A DNA stretch of 64,000 bases from Saccostrea echinata (lineage: Eukaryota). Of this stretch, positions 63,816 through 64,000 are shown one piece after another (the first letter of the stretch is position 1; each line of letters opens with the position of its first letter). Under the pieces are notes generated by a model. It saw nothing but the letters and a program-made list of their open reading frames with translations. It did no database searches and was not told the DNA's origin. The stretch covers positions 43,090,001 through 43,154,000 of the forward strand of contig NW_026889803.1 in the NCBI RefSeq assembly GCF_033153115.1, read 5' to 3'. The translations under genes and the position numbers were made by a program.

Positions 63816-64000
63816 CTGAAAAAACGGAACAATTCATCATTTTGTATATTAAGGTTCATCAACCCTTTGATAAGAGAGATATCTCTTACTGAGATAAATT
63901 ACAATTATTCTCGTATAAAATTGTCAAGTAAAAAGCTATTTATGTCAAACTTTGACCCAGTTTTTGCTAAGGTATTCTAAAATTTTTACATCTTAATCGT

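Overview
AT-rich, intron-containing animal genomic DNA; the repeat families suggest an oyster-like bivalve (inference, not proven). Five protein-coding genes were reconstructed by hand from GT-AG junctions with consistent phases. (1) AMFR/gp78 ERAD E3 ligase, minus strand, 13 coding exons, 50561-10596, about 661 aa. (2) An uncharacterised ~2823-aa protein on the plus strand, nested antisense in the 19.5-kb AMFR intron that splits the RING-H2 domain. It has an 8-kb exon, a SUMO-consensus cluster, an RS heptad array and four CxxFN-type CCCH fingers. (3) SDR39U1 epimerase-family gene, plus strand, 6 exons, head-to-head with AMFR across 359 bp. (4) An ankyrin-repeat/SOCS-box ORF nested on the same strand in SDR39U1 intron 1; its splice acceptor is in frame with SDR39U1 exon 1. 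(5) The last three exons of an EndoU ribonuclease, minus strand. Introns hold many MITEs with readable TSDs, Helentron-like satellite carriers, a young 5'-truncated LINE, a Tc1 relic and a minisatellite made of an amplified splice donor. The top candidates for new biology are the nested giant CCCH/RS/SUMO protein, the possible shared first exon for two unrelated proteins, and the splice-donor array.
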